NCBI GenBank assembly: GCA_003212795.1
Contig: QCOV01000004.1
Span: 11,762 to 75,761 of the forward strand
DNA from: OCS116 cluster bacterium AG-435-F03
GTDB lineage: Bacteria > Pseudomonadota > Alphaproteobacteria > MED-G09
DNA: 64,000 nt
Direction: 5' to 3'
Part shown: positions 29,098 to 39,474 of the stretch, in pieces
Layout: the number at the start of each line of letters is the position of its first letter
Position numbering within the stretch: the first letter of the stretch is position 1
The notes under the pieces: generated by a model
Told to the model about the DNA's origin: nothing
The model's database searches: none
The model's input: the letters and a program-made list of their open reading frames with translations, nothing else
Made by a program: the position numbers and the translations under genes

Positions 29098-30248
29098 ATT
29101 TCACTCCTCGTAATTACTGGAAATAGTTTAACTCCATTACTTATTTCTTTCGATAGATAATTCATAAATAACCCTGGATCAATAATTCCTGACTCTGGAG
29201 CATGAACACCAGAACTATCAATCAGCCCATCAATGAGCATTTTTACTCCACATGCTAAAGGAAAGGAAGTGGCTTCCCCCATTGATAGATCCATAATATC
29301 TCCATCAATAGTTACGCCAACTGAAATCTTTTGACCATTCCTATTTCCCTCAGCATAACCAAAGACTGGCGGTAAATGTAATTTTTCTGTTTTTTGCTTT
29401 GGGGTGGTCGATCCTTCCATCCATGTAAGAATCCTTGCAGCCATATTTTTTGTCAGAAGATTCATCTCAATTAAAAACCTTATAAACCTCAAGGTTGCAA
29501 TAAATCCTCTTTCTTCACCATGCATTATGTTTAATGACTCATTAATATTTGGATAATGGTAAGGAAAACTTATTGCTTCAGGATGGCCAAATATATTTGC
29601 TTTAAATTCTCCTAATTCTGGATAATGAATTTTTACTTCTGTTAAAGGTCTTTCCATTTGATATTTTCCATCTTTAAATACCTTAACTTTTCCAATCATT
29701 TGTTCGATAGCATGAACCATAGCTGCATTAACCCCTTTTTGTGATGATATAGGCTCTGGTTTAGCTGAGGACATATCCCATCCTGTATAAACTTTTGAAA
29801 TATCATCAAGCTCAAGCATAGCCATATAAGCAAGGATATTTGTTAAACCAGGACTAGCACCTAATCCTAAGATTGCTGTAATTCCAGCGTTTTTTGCCTG
29901 ATCATCTAAGAGAAACATTTTTTCAGTCGGCTCCCAATCATCACAAATATCAAAATAATGACAATTTGTTACTATTGAAGCTCTTAGAATTGGTTCTGCA
30001 AATTTAAAAAAAGGACCAGTAGTATTAACTACTATATCGACTTCAGACATAACCTCTAATAAAGATTCATGTTTTGTAACATCTAATCCTATGCCCTCTA
30101 CCTTATCACCAAAACTTAATGAAAAATCTTTTGCAGCATCAGCGTTGATATCAGCTACATAAATTTTTTTTATTTTAGAGTGTTTATATAAAGACTGAAC
30201 AGCATATCTTCCCATTCCACCACTGCCCCCTAATGCTAAAACCTTCAT
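29094..30248 (-). CDS. Saccharopine dehydrogenase-like NAD(P)-binding protein
   Basis: 'MKVLALGGSGGMGRYAVQSL' Rossmann motif; 384 aa; ATGA overlap with the downstream gene. Confidence 0.55.
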   Translation of the reverse strand: MKVLALGGSGGMGRYAVQSLYKHSKIKKIYVADINADAAKDFSLSFGDKVEGIGLDVTKHESLLEVMSEVDIVVNTTGPFFKFAEPILRASIVTNCHYFDICDDWEPTEKMFLLDDQAKNAGITAILGLGASPGLTNILAYMAMLELDDISKVYTGWDMSSAKPEPISSQKGVNAAMVHAIEQMIGKVKVFKDGKYQMERPLTEVKIHYPELGEFKANIFGHPEAISFPYHYPNINESLNIMHGEERGFIATLRFIRFLIEMNLLTKNMAARILTWMEGSTTPKQKTEKLHLPPVFGYAEGNRNGQKISVGVTIDGDIMDLSMGEATSFPLACGVKMLIDGLIDSSGVHAPESGIIDPGLFMNYLSKEISNGVKLFPVITRSEI

Positions 30249-30269
30249 ATCTTACCTCTTTATCATTAT

Positions 30270-30707
30270 TTATAAGTTTTTTTGACTTCCCAAATTAAAT
30301 ACGGGTCGTGTTACTGAGTAAGCCCAATAGAAAAATAAAAATTGTAGCACAAGACGAAAATAAAGGATTTCAATTGGAATATCTGGAAATGCCTCTGGAG
30401 AAATAGCCATATAAATATTAGCTGGATAAACAGCAATTAGTAGAGCAACTAAACCCCATCCCGCTATTTTTCGAAAGCGAGGAATTAAAACACCAATACC
30501 TGCAGCTATTTCAAAAAAACCACTTATATATACTGCCTCTTCATGTAATGGAAATGATGGAGGCATAATAGATAAATAAAAATCTGGATTAATAAAATGA
30601 TCCACACCAAAATAGATAAAAAAAGCAGACAGCCCAAACAAAACAAGCTTTTTCCATAAACCTAAGGGTAGTTTGAGGGCAATTGAAATATCATATAACA
30701 TGTTCAT
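30270..30707 (-). CDS. DoxX-like small membrane protein
   Basis: 145 aa with 4 TM helices. Confidence 0.35.
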   Translation of the reverse strand: MNMLYDISIALKLPLGLWKKLVLFGLSAFFIYFGVDHFINPDFYLSIMPPSFPLHEEAVYISGFFEIAAGIGVLIPRFRKIAGWGLVALLIAVYPANIYMAISPEAFPDIPIEILYFRLVLQFLFFYWAYSVTRPVFNLGSQKNL

Positions 30708-30709
30708 TC

Positions 30710-31507
30710 TTATAAATTAGAAAGAATTGTCTTAACATCATACTCGTCATCACCATCATATCGTGGTGCATATTTTTTATAAGCCTGGGTTATCTCATTA
30801 ATTCGCTTTTCAATATGAACAGTATTATAAGCGTGTGATACTATTATATGCTCTTCGTTTTTAATCTGTTCCTTAACAATTTCAGCAAACTTATCAGCAT
30901 TCATTCCACCTTCCACTTGACCTGTAAGAGGTGTATCTACATATCCAGGAAATATTGTTCCTACATGAATAAAATCTGGAAGATCGTTCCTTAGGCTCTC
31001 ACTTAACCCAAGAACTGCGTGTTTAGAAGCAACATATGCAACTGAATTAGGCACTGCAACAAACAATGAATTTTCAGAGCCTAAGTTATAAATTGCTGCT
31101 TTCGTTCCCTGCTCAATCATTTTTTTACTAAAAACCGAGCATCCTTGCCATACTCCGAAAAAATTAACATCAAAAACTTTTTTAGCTTCTTCAATATCTA
31201 CCTTATCAATCCTTCCTCGAGCACCAGAAATTCCTGCATTGTTAATCAACATATCTACACGTCCATAACGCTCGCAGGTAAAATCAGCGAATTTTTCAAC
31301 ACTTTTCAGATCGGTAACATCTAAATGAGTTTTATCGGCATCAATATTAAGGTTTTTTAATATATCTATAGCTTCTTGAAGTTTTTCTTCTCTAGTTTCC
31401 CCAATAACTATTTTAGCTCCCTCAGATCCGAAAGCTTTGGCAAGAGCAAAACCAATTCCGGTAGCGCCGCCTGTTATAGCAATAATCTTGTCTTTTAAGT
31501 CTTTCAT
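30710..31507 (-). CDS. Short-chain dehydrogenase/reductase (SDR)
   Basis: 'IAITGGATGIGFALAKAFGSEGAKIVI' motif. Confidence 0.65.
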   Translation of the reverse strand: MKDLKDKIIAITGGATGIGFALAKAFGSEGAKIVIGETREEKLQEAIDILKNLNIDADKTHLDVTDLKSVEKFADFTCERYGRVDMLINNAGISGARGRIDKVDIEEAKKVFDVNFFGVWQGCSVFSKKMIEQGTKAAIYNLGSENSLFVAVPNSVAYVASKHAVLGLSESLRNDLPDFIHVGTIFPGYVDTPLTGQVEGGMNADKFAEIVKEQIKNEEHIIVSHAYNTVHIEKRINEITQAYKKYAPRYDGDDEYDVKTILSNL

Positions 31508-31512
31508 GAAAA

Positions 31513-33252
31513 TTAGCTATTAAGAGCTATTTCTCTTTTTTCATTACTTCTTCGCACTAATTTTCCTGGAAGCGCTCCTGTATGAACACCATTATCAAAG
31601 ATAACTTCGCCAGCTTTAACGGTTATTTCATAACCTTCAGGTTTTTGAACTAATCTTCTTCCACCTGCAGGTAAATCAAATATTGCTTCGGGTCTATGCA
31701 GTCTCATTGAATCAAAATCGATGATATTGATATCAGCAATTTTTCCTTCTTTAATGTAACCTCTATCAAACATGCCAAATGCTTCTGCAGTACTTGATGT
31801 AAGAGACTTTACAATAAATTCTAATGATAATTTATCACCGCGAGTTCTATCTCGACCCCAATGCGTCATTATAAATGTAGGCATGCCAGCATCTGCAATC
31901 ACTCCACAATGGGCTCCTCCATCGCTTAGTCCAAATAACACATTTGGATGTTCCAGTAATTTTTTGTGAGGTTCCAAATCATATGTATGGTATCCACCTA
32001 AAGGCTGATAAAAAAGCTCTTTTCCTTCTCCTTGAATAAGTAGGTCATACATAACCTCCATAACATCTAAATTACGTTCTAGCGCAATTCCAGCTACACT
32101 ATCTTTAAACTCAGGTTCATAATTTGGTTTTTCACCTAGTGGAAAAACTTGACCCATTAAAGATGGTAAATCCTGTAGTAATTCATTTTTGATAGTAGTT
32201 TCTTCAGCAAGAATTTTCTTTTTTGTCTCTGGATCACGTAATCTCGCTAATAATTCATCATGATCAAGGGATGCAAGTTCATCTTTCCAAGTTGGGTGCC
32301 CAACAAATGCATGAAAACTTGACTGAAGACCATGTAATACGCCAGTAGGTCTTCCGGCAGCTTGCGGCCTAATTTCATGTCCCTCAAGGCGTGCTTGCTC
32401 AGCAAGATTATACATCTTATTGTTTTTATAAGCAGGAGCAGTTGTTGCGATCAAAGTTACAGTTAAACCTGTCTGCTTCTGAAAATCCTTAACCCATTCC
32501 CATTCTTCATCTTCGCCTAAATGATCTGATACTAACTCAAAAACCGAGTTATTTAGACCCTTCATTCCTAAGCCAAGTGCCAACATTTCCTCATTTCCAG
32601 AAAAAGTTCCAGGCATATACTCCCCATTAATGTCTTTATGTAATAATGTTTTGGAGCTAGAAAAACCTAATGCTCCAGCCTCTACACCCTCTCTAACTAA
32701 TTCAGCCATCTGAACTACTTCATCTTTAGTTGGAGCATAATCTGAATTACAACGCTCCCCCATTACATATGCACGTATTGCTCCATGGGGGACTTGGGTT
32801 GCAACATCAATTGCTCTAGGAAAAGACTCTAACGCATCAAGATATTCAGGAAAACTCTCCCATTGCCAATCAATACCTTCAGATAGAGCAGCGCCCGGAA
32901 TATCCTCAACTCCCTCCATTAATTCAATAAGGAAATCCCTATCCTTTGGTTTAACAGGCGCAAAACCTACACCGCAGTTACCCATAACCACTGTTGTTAC
33001 ACCATGCCAACTTGATGGCGCTAAAACTGGATCCCAAGTAGCTTGGCCATCATAATGAGTATGAACATCAACCCATCCAGGTGTCACTAGCTTACCTTCA
33101 GCATCTATCTCTTTATCGGCAGGCTCGTTAATTTCTCCTACACTAGCTATTTTGCCATCTTTTATAGCAATATCAGCAACATAACGATCATTTCCTGTGC
33201 CATCAATAATAGTGCCGTTTCTAATAATTAAGTCGTACATAGGGCTCTCCAA
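31513..33252 (-). CDS. Amidohydrolase, N-acyl-D-amino-acid deacylase (D-aminoacylase) family
   Basis: 'YDLIIRNGTIIDGTGNDRYVADIAIKDGKIASVG...GWVDVHTHYDGQ' is typical of the D-aminoacylase family; 579 aa. Confidence 0.6.
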   Translation of the reverse strand: MESPMYDLIIRNGTIIDGTGNDRYVADIAIKDGKIASVGEINEPADKEIDAEGKLVTPGWVDVHTHYDGQATWDPVLAPSSWHGVTTVVMGNCGVGFAPVKPKDRDFLIELMEGVEDIPGAALSEGIDWQWESFPEYLDALESFPRAIDVATQVPHGAIRAYVMGERCNSDYAPTKDEVVQMAELVREGVEAGALGFSSSKTLLHKDINGEYMPGTFSGNEEMLALGLGMKGLNNSVFELVSDHLGEDEEWEWVKDFQKQTGLTVTLIATTAPAYKNNKMYNLAEQARLEGHEIRPQAAGRPTGVLHGLQSSFHAFVGHPTWKDELASLDHDELLARLRDPETKKKILAEETTIKNELLQDLPSLMGQVFPLGEKPNYEPEFKDSVAGIALERNLDVMEVMYDLLIQGEGKELFYQPLGGYHTYDLEPHKKLLEHPNVLFGLSDGGAHCGVIADAGMPTFIMTHWGRDRTRGDKLSLEFIVKSLTSSTAEAFGMFDRGYIKEGKIADINIIDFDSMRLHRPEAIFDLPAGGRRLVQKPEGYEITVKAGEVIFDNGVHTGALPGKLVRRSNEKREIALNS

Positions 33253-33343
33253 TTAATTTTTTTAACAAAATATCATTTGGTTAAAATTGTATCAAGAAAA
33301 TATATTAAAACTAGTTTAAGCAAGAATTACTAGAGTCAAAGAA

Positions 33344-33550
33344 TTATTTATATTTTTCCCTTCTATCAGAAAATTCTCTAACTCTTTTTCTCCATGATTT
33401 ATATGAACGAGATTTTAAGTTTTCTCTCATTAGTTTTTTAACATCCTTTTCGCCAATCCCATAAATTGATTTAATATTATCAAAAGTAGCGTGATCAGAT
33501 AAAGCTAATTCAATAATTTCACTTTTCTCACTTTCTGAAAATTTCTTCAT
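33344..33550 (-). CDS. Small conserved hypothetical protein (DUF2805-like)
   Basis: 68 aa basic/acidic protein; assignment tentative. Confidence 0.3.
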   Translation of the reverse strand: MKKFSESEKSEIIELALSDHATFDNIKSIYGIGEKDVKKLMRENLKSRSYKSWRKRVREFSDRREKYK

Positions 33551-33592
33551 TATCTTATTTATAGTTTTCTTAAATTAGATTTTTTAAATAGG

Positions 33593-34246
33593 TCATCTGT
33601 TTAAAATCTTGTATGATCGACTCATAGCAATCTCTTTTAAATTATCGTCAGGATTTACAACTATTGGATCTCCACAAGCTTCAAACATTGGAAGATCATT
33701 TATTGAGTCAGAATAAAAAATTGAATCTTCAATTTTTAAATTATTTTCAGAACACCAATTCTTAACAGCCTTAACTTTTCCTTCACTAAATGTTGGTTCA
33801 CCCGATAAGCTACCTGTAAAGATATCTTTTTTTATTTCAACTGGTGTCCCAATGCTAAATTCTATTCCAAAATATTCAGCAAAACCTTTTACAAGAAAAT
33901 CATGTGATCCCGATGCAATAAGAACTTTGTCTGCAGACTTTGCCTCTTTTAAAAGGTCAGTAGTAAGGTCATCTGTTAAATCATCAATATTCTTTTTAAT
34001 AAATTCATCCACTAAATTTTCTACTGTAGTGATATCTAAATTTTTGAGAGGTGCCTGAATATAGCTTGAGTATTCATCAAAATTCAGAATGCCCTTCCTG
34101 TAGTCGCTATCAAATTGATTAAGTTTTGATGAGTGCTCATCGCCACCTAATAACCCTTTAATAACCAGAAAATTTATCCACCCTGCTTCGCAATCCCCGC
34201 ATAATAAAGTGTCATCTAAGTCAAAAATTATAAATTTCATTTTCAA
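33593..34246 (-). CDS. HAD-superfamily hydrolase (subfamily IB, phosphoserine phosphatase-like)
   Basis: Motif I 'FIIFDLDDTLL'; 217 aa. Confidence 0.5.
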   Translation of the reverse strand: MKMKFIIFDLDDTLLCGDCEAGWINFLVIKGLLGGDEHSSKLNQFDSDYRKGILNFDEYSSYIQAPLKNLDITTVENLVDEFIKKNIDDLTDDLTTDLLKEAKSADKVLIASGSHDFLVKGFAEYFGIEFSIGTPVEIKKDIFTGSLSGEPTFSEGKVKAVKNWCSENNLKIEDSIFYSDSINDLPMFEACGDPIVVNPDDNLKEIAMSRSYKILNR

Positions 34247-34257
34247 TCAACAAAAGT

Positions 34258-35046
34258 TCAAATATTTAATTTATCTTTATACCAATCAAGATATGTTCCT
34301 ATTACTAAGGAAAACTCCTCTCTTTTAGCTAAAGAGAATAAGTGTGTAAATGTTTTTGGATATTCATCTTTAAAATTATTAGCTACTAAATCAAAGCCTC
34401 TATCTTTTAAAACATCCTCATAATGCCCTTCTCTCAAAAATTGAGCAACATCACAAACAAAAGATATATCTGCGATACTCAAATTTTCACCAGATATAAA
34501 AGGACTCTCATTCAAAGCTTGCTCAATTCCAGATAAGTAAAATTCATAAGCCGCAGAAACTCTTTCATATCCTTCTTTGCTTACATTTTCATAATCCAAC
34601 ATATAAACTTGAGCTTCCCTTGCAAAAACTAGGTTTGCATCAAGGAAACTATCAATTCTTGAAGCTTGATATTCGTTTTCGCCATATAAATTAAACTCTT
34701 TACCTACCCTTGCAACAGCTCTTAATATACTATTAGACTCGAATATACCAATATCTCCATCTGGACTAAATGCAGCCGGTACTGTTCCAAAAGGATGAGC
34801 CTTTAAAAATGAGTCTGTTTTATATAAAACTCCTGAAAAACCTCTTTTGCCTTTCCTAGCATATTTATGATCGGGATTTTTTTCCTTTTCATCCAAAATC
34901 TTAGGGTTAAAATCCCAAAGCCATGAACCAAGGTTAGATGGTTTATCACCTATAACTTCAACCTCTACTCCACATATTTTTCCTGCAATAATAGCTTTCC
35001 AGACACGTGGATTAGGAATATATGAAAATATTTTTAATTTATACAT
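34258..35046 (-). CDS. Glutathione S-transferase-like protein
   Basis: Thioredoxin-like N-domain followed by a helical C-domain; 262 aa. Confidence 0.45.
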   Translation of the reverse strand: MYKLKIFSYIPNPRVWKAIIAGKICGVEVEVIGDKPSNLGSWLWDFNPKILDEKEKNPDHKYARKGKRGFSGVLYKTDSFLKAHPFGTVPAAFSPDGDIGIFESNSILRAVARVGKEFNLYGENEYQASRIDSFLDANLVFAREAQVYMLDYENVSKEGYERVSAAYEFYLSGIEQALNESPFISGENLSIADISFVCDVAQFLREGHYEDVLKDRGFDLVANNFKDEYPKTFTHLFSLAKREEFSLVIGTYLDWYKDKLNI

Positions 35047-35057
35047 TTTTTAACTAG

Positions 35058-35543
35058 TTAACGAACAACAAAACTACCAAATATATATTTTCCATCATCT
35101 TGTATTCCTGATTCACCAATAGGTCTACCTACTGCACTAGGAACATTTCCAACATAAAGTTGATAAGAGCCTGGTTTAATTGGAACAAGGCTAACATGTG
35201 CGGAGCCTATTTCGTCACATTCAATTGCGTTAAAGCTTAAACCCTGAAGATGGACTTCAATATCACCAACAGTTACCAATCTAAGATGGGAATTATGTAA
35301 AAGTTCTAACATTTCTATACGCCAGCCTGTTAAATCATCTCTAACATCAGGACAGTTAATATTTAGACGATAGTATTTACCAGTTATAAGTTTAATTTGT
35401 TCTGGAGCAATTTTAGGATATCCATCATTTAAAGTTGTTATAGTGATATCTATTTCTTCTGGAGGATATTTTGCAAGATTACCAGATGATTCTGAGATTA
35501 AGGGATAAAGTGAGATAGCGAAAATAATTAAAAGTTTTTTCAT
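35058..35543 (-). CDS. Secreted hypothetical protein
   Basis: Signal peptide 'MKKLLIIFAISLYPLISES'; 161 aa. Confidence 0.4.
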   Translation of the reverse strand: MKKLLIIFAISLYPLISESSGNLAKYPPEEIDITITTLNDGYPKIAPEQIKLITGKYYRLNINCPDVRDDLTGWRIEMLELLHNSHLRLVTVGDIEVHLQGLSFNAIECDEIGSAHVSLVPIKPGSYQLYVGNVPSAVGRPIGESGIQDDGKYIFGSFVVR

Positions 35544-35660
35544 AATAATTATTTAATAATTTTTTTTAGTTAGATGCAAATTATTCCACCTATATTGATT
35601 ATTGAAAATTATTAAAAGCTAGTTCATGATAACATTTCATTAGTTTTTTAATGGGATAAA

Positions 35661-37292
35661 ATGGAAGAAAATTTTGATTACATAATTGTAGGTGCTGGAA
35701 GTGCTGGTTGCGTATTAGCCAATAAATTATCAGATAACGATAAAAACTCTGTTCTTCTTATTGAGGCAGGAGGAAAGGATACAAACTTATTTATCCATAT
35801 GCCTTCTGGATATTCACAAATTGTTCCTAAATCAAACAAGCAAAATTATGGTTTCGAAACTGAACCAGAAAGCAATACAGCTGGAAGAAAATTATATTGG
35901 CCCAGAGGAAGGGGATGGGGTGGGTCATCATCAATTAATGCAATGATTTATACGCGAGGACATTCCTCGGATTATGATCATTGGAGACAGCTTGGTAATC
36001 CTGGTTGGTCTTATGATGATGTATTACCCTACTTTAAAAGAGCTGAAAACTATGAAGGCGATGGTGATGAAGAATTTCACGGGCAAGGTGGTCCACTAAA
36101 TGTAAAAAAATCAACAAGAGAAGATGATATTCTTTTGGATAAGTTTGTTGAAGCCGGCAAACAAGCAGGTTTCCCTTTAACAAATGATTTTAATGGAAAA
36201 CAGCAAGAAGGTTTTTCGCGTTATGAGCATACCATAAAAGGATCTAAAAGATTTAGTTCAGCAAGAGCCTATCTTTATCCTGCGTTAAATAGAAAAAATT
36301 TACATACCAAGACAAATATAACAGTAGATAAAGTTATATTTAAAAATAAAAAAGCAATTGGAGTAGAATATTTAGAAAAAGGTAAAAAGATTCTTAGCAC
36401 TTGTAATAGAGAGGTAATTTTATCCTCAGGCGCAGTAAATTCTCCACAAATATTATTGAGAAGTGGAATTGGAGATCCTGAAGAAATGAAAAAACATGGA
36501 ATTCAAGTTAATCACGAGCTCAAAGGTGTAGGAAAAAATTTACAGGATCATTTTGCTGTAGTTAGTCAATTTGCTTGTACACAACCAGTAACTCTTCATA
36601 GATCGGCAGGCTTTTTTAGTACAATGCTAGCTGGCGCAAAATATTTAATAACAGGAACTGGTGATGCCGCAAATCCACCCTGTGTTGGTGGTGCTTTTAT
36701 AAAATCACAACCTGAAAAAGAAATACCTGATATTCAAATACATTATGTATCAATTGCAATGCAAGATGTTCATGGTAGAGAAGGCGTCCCTCTAGAACAT
36801 GGTTTTTCTAATCTTGTTTATTTATGCAGACCTCAAAGTAGAGGACATATAACACTTAAGAGTTCCGATCCAAATGATGCCCCACTAATGTATCCAAATT
36901 ATTTTTCTGTAGAACAAGACCTAATTGATACTAGAAATGGACTTAGAGAAGCCCGTAGAGTCTTTATGCAGCCTGTTTTTGATGAGTTTAGGGGAGAGGA
37001 ACTTAAACCAGGATCAAATATAGATATAAATGATGATGATGAATTAGATAATTGGATAAGAGAAACTGGCGAAACACTCTATCATCCGGTTGGAACATGT
37101 AAAATGGGCATAGATGAACTTGCCGTAACTAATGAACATGGTCAAGTTCATGGAATTGAGTCTCTAAGAGTTGTTGATGCATCATTAATGCCTAGCTTGA
37201 TTGCTGGAAACACAAATGCACCAACAATTATGATAGCTGAAAAAATATCTGATCATATTAATGGAAAATCATTCTTATCGAAAGAAAACTAG
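35661..37292 (+). CDS. GMC-family oxidoreductase, choline dehydrogenase-like
   Basis: FAD-binding 'DYIIVGAGSAGCVLANKLS', GMC signature 'GGSSSINAMIYTRG', C-terminal 'HPVGTCKMG'. Confidence 0.7.
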   Translation: MEENFDYIIVGAGSAGCVLANKLSDNDKNSVLLIEAGGKDTNLFIHMPSGYSQIVPKSNKQNYGFETEPESNTAGRKLYWPRGRGWGGSSSINAMIYTRGHSSDYDHWRQLGNPGWSYDDVLPYFKRAENYEGDGDEEFHGQGGPLNVKKSTREDDILLDKFVEAGKQAGFPLTNDFNGKQQEGFSRYEHTIKGSKRFSSARAYLYPALNRKNLHTKTNITVDKVIFKNKKAIGVEYLEKGKKILSTCNREVILSSGAVNSPQILLRSGIGDPEEMKKHGIQVNHELKGVGKNLQDHFAVVSQFACTQPVTLHRSAGFFSTMLAGAKYLITGTGDAANPPCVGGAFIKSQPEKEIPDIQIHYVSIAMQDVHGREGVPLEHGFSNLVYLCRPQSRGHITLKSSDPNDAPLMYPNYFSVEQDLIDTRNGLREARRVFMQPVFDEFRGEELKPGSNIDINDDDELDNWIRETGETLYHPVGTCKMGIDELAVTNEHGQVHGIESLRVVDASLMPSLIAGNTNAPTIMIAEKISDHINGKSFLSKEN

Positions 37293-37310
37293 AGAATTAA
37301 TAAGTATTTA

Positions 37311-37931
37311 TTATGATTTTTGAGGATTTATACCTCTAAAAGTACTGTAATATTTTTGAATATAGGCTAAATCTTCTTCACTATTGCCAGTAGGGTTAAA
37401 GATATTTCCTATTTCTATACTTTTAGTTGGCGCATCAATAGAAATTAATAAAATTTTTGAATGTGTTTGTTTGGCTATTCTCAAAAAACCTGTTTTCCAT
37501 CTCTTTACCTTCTTTCTAGTTCCCTCAGGGGTCATAGCAATAACAATACTTCTTTCTTTTTTAACTATATTTACAACATTCTCGATTAATGATGACGGAT
37601 TATCTCTATAAACAGGAATACCACCAAGCCACTCAAAAAACTTTTTAAAACCAGGTTTAAATATTGAGTGTTTTCCAAGCCATCTTACCTTAATATTCAA
37701 ACCAAAAATTGCTAACATAGCCAAAATAAAATCCCAATTTGATGTATGAGGAGCAGCAATTATCACTATTCTCTCTTCATCAGGAACCTTTCCCTTTATA
37801 GTCCAGCCAGATATATTTATTCCAAATCTAGCAATTTTTCTTAATATTTTAGATCGACTACCTCTCAATCTTTCAGGTATTTGACTTTCAGAAATTCTTA
37901 TAATTTTTCTTATCACTTTACTCCCGCTCAA
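37311..37931 (-). CDS. Lysophospholipid (1-acyl-sn-glycerol-3-phosphate) acyltransferase-like
   Basis: HX4D motif 'AAPHTSNWDF' and 'TPEGTR' motif. Confidence 0.5.
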   Translation of the reverse strand: MSGSKVIRKIIRISESQIPERLRGSRSKILRKIARFGINISGWTIKGKVPDEERIVIIAAPHTSNWDFILAMLAIFGLNIKVRWLGKHSIFKPGFKKFFEWLGGIPVYRDNPSSLIENVVNIVKKERSIVIAMTPEGTRKKVKRWKTGFLRIAKQTHSKILLISIDAPTKSIEIGNIFNPTGNSEEDLAYIQKYYSTFRGINPQKS

Positions 37932-37959
37932 TATATTTCTGTGGGTATTTAATTATGGA

Positions 37960-39372
37960 TTAAAAATCCAAAACATATAATCCACCATAAATATAATCAC
38001 CTTTTTCTTTTCTTAGTTTAAATTTTTCAAAAAATATCATTTTAAAATTAAATTTTTTACAAAGACCCTCAATATATTTTTTTGAGTGGGAATAACGCCC
38101 TGAAGTTTCAAGGGTAAAACCATCTGATTCACTATTATGCTCAGTAGTAAATGCAAATTTACCGCTAGACCTATTTCTTGATTTAATAAGACGAAAAATT
38201 TCCGTTACATCACCAATATAAATAAAAACATCAGTTGATACAAAAACATCAAAATTAATATTTTTATTTTTTAAATAAGACTCAATATCCTCAATAATAA
38301 GATCATCATATACATTTTTTAATTTAGCTTTTTGTATCATTTTTCTGGATAGATCGACACCTATTATTTTTTTAGCAAAACCAGAAATCTGCTCTCCAAC
38401 GAGTCCTGTGCCACAACCTAAGTCTAATACTGATCCAAGAGATTTATCAAAAAACCTATTAATTAATATATTACTAATAAGTTTATGAGCATTATATTCA
38501 AGCTCATTTACTAAATTATTTTCAAAACTTGTGGCGTATTGATCAAATAATCTTTCTACATATTCTCTTGGTGGGCTTGATGTTGTCTTACCTTCTAGAG
38601 CAGATAGAAGATGTTGAGCCTCCAATTGTAATTGTTGAGAATCTATATTGTCCGGCTTAATTGAACTTACTTTTTTATAACATTCTATAGCATCTTCTAA
38701 TTTACCTAAATAATTATAGATTGAACCTAAATTATTATATGCTTTATAATTATTTGGCATTATATTTATAGCTCTTTTATTCCAATTTATGGCTTCTTGA
38801 TAATTTCCAAGATCTTTAAAAGTTAAGGCCAAATTGTTAAAAGCCTCAATATAATCGTTTTTTATATCAATCGCTTTAAGATACATATTTTTGGCCTCTT
38901 CATATCTTGTCAAACTCCTTAGAACATTACCTAAATTATAATAGGCAAAAGGAAAATTTGCTTTTATATTAATAGCCCGTAAAAGATTAGATTCAGCATC
39001 TTTAAATTTTTCTAATCTGTGCTCTACAACACCAAGATTACAATATGCATCAGCAAAGTTTGGATTAAGTGAGATTGCTTTTTTATAACTTTCTTCCGCA
39101 CTAGATAATTTTTGAAGTTTATCTAAAACATTTGCATAGTTAAAATGTAACTCACAATCATCTGAATTTAAAAAAATTAGTTTTTTATAAATAATTGCAG
39201 ATTCTTCTAGCAAACCCTCTTTATTGAGCAATGAACTCATTACTTTTAAAACAAAAGGATGATCGGGATAATCCCGTAATAGTGATTGAGCAAGAATTTT
39301 AGTACGAGCATAATTTTTATTACGATAAAGATGAAAAAGTTTTTCAATTTTTTTTTGAGATAATTTTTTCAT
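37960..39372 (-). CDS. TPR-repeat protein fused to a C-terminal class I SAM-dependent methyltransferase
   Basis: Multiple TPR units ('AISLNPNFADAYCNLG', 'AIDIKNDYIEAFNNLA') and SAM motif I 'VLDLGCGTGLVGE'. Start taken at the ATG at 39372 (MKKLSQ...); the ORF track extends to a GTG at 39384. Confidence 0.55.
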   Translation of the reverse strand: MKKLSQKKIEKLFHLYRNKNYARTKILAQSLLRDYPDHPFVLKVMSSLLNKEGLLEESAIIYKKLIFLNSDDCELHFNYANVLDKLQKLSSAEESYKKAISLNPNFADAYCNLGVVEHRLEKFKDAESNLLRAINIKANFPFAYYNLGNVLRSLTRYEEAKNMYLKAIDIKNDYIEAFNNLALTFKDLGNYQEAINWNKRAINIMPNNYKAYNNLGSIYNYLGKLEDAIECYKKVSSIKPDNIDSQQLQLEAQHLLSALEGKTTSSPPREYVERLFDQYATSFENNLVNELEYNAHKLISNILINRFFDKSLGSVLDLGCGTGLVGEQISGFAKKIIGVDLSRKMIQKAKLKNVYDDLIIEDIESYLKNKNINFDVFVSTDVFIYIGDVTEIFRLIKSRNRSSGKFAFTTEHNSESDGFTLETSGRYSHSKKYIEGLCKKFNFKMIFFEKFKLRKEKGDYIYGGLYVLDF

Positions 39373-39474
39373 GCTCACTCCCACTCAGTAATAACCCAAT
39401 TTTAAACCCTTGTAGCACATGGGTTTTAAAGGAGTAAAAAAAATTGTGTAACTTTTGTGTAACTGTTTTTCCAT

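Noticed and set aside
39385-39474. Short direct repeat TTGTGTAACT x2 and a weak AAACCC...GGGTTT hairpin in the intergenic region
   Set aside because: They are short and AT-rich and could arise by chance; there is no supporting context beyond proximity to the att-like core.
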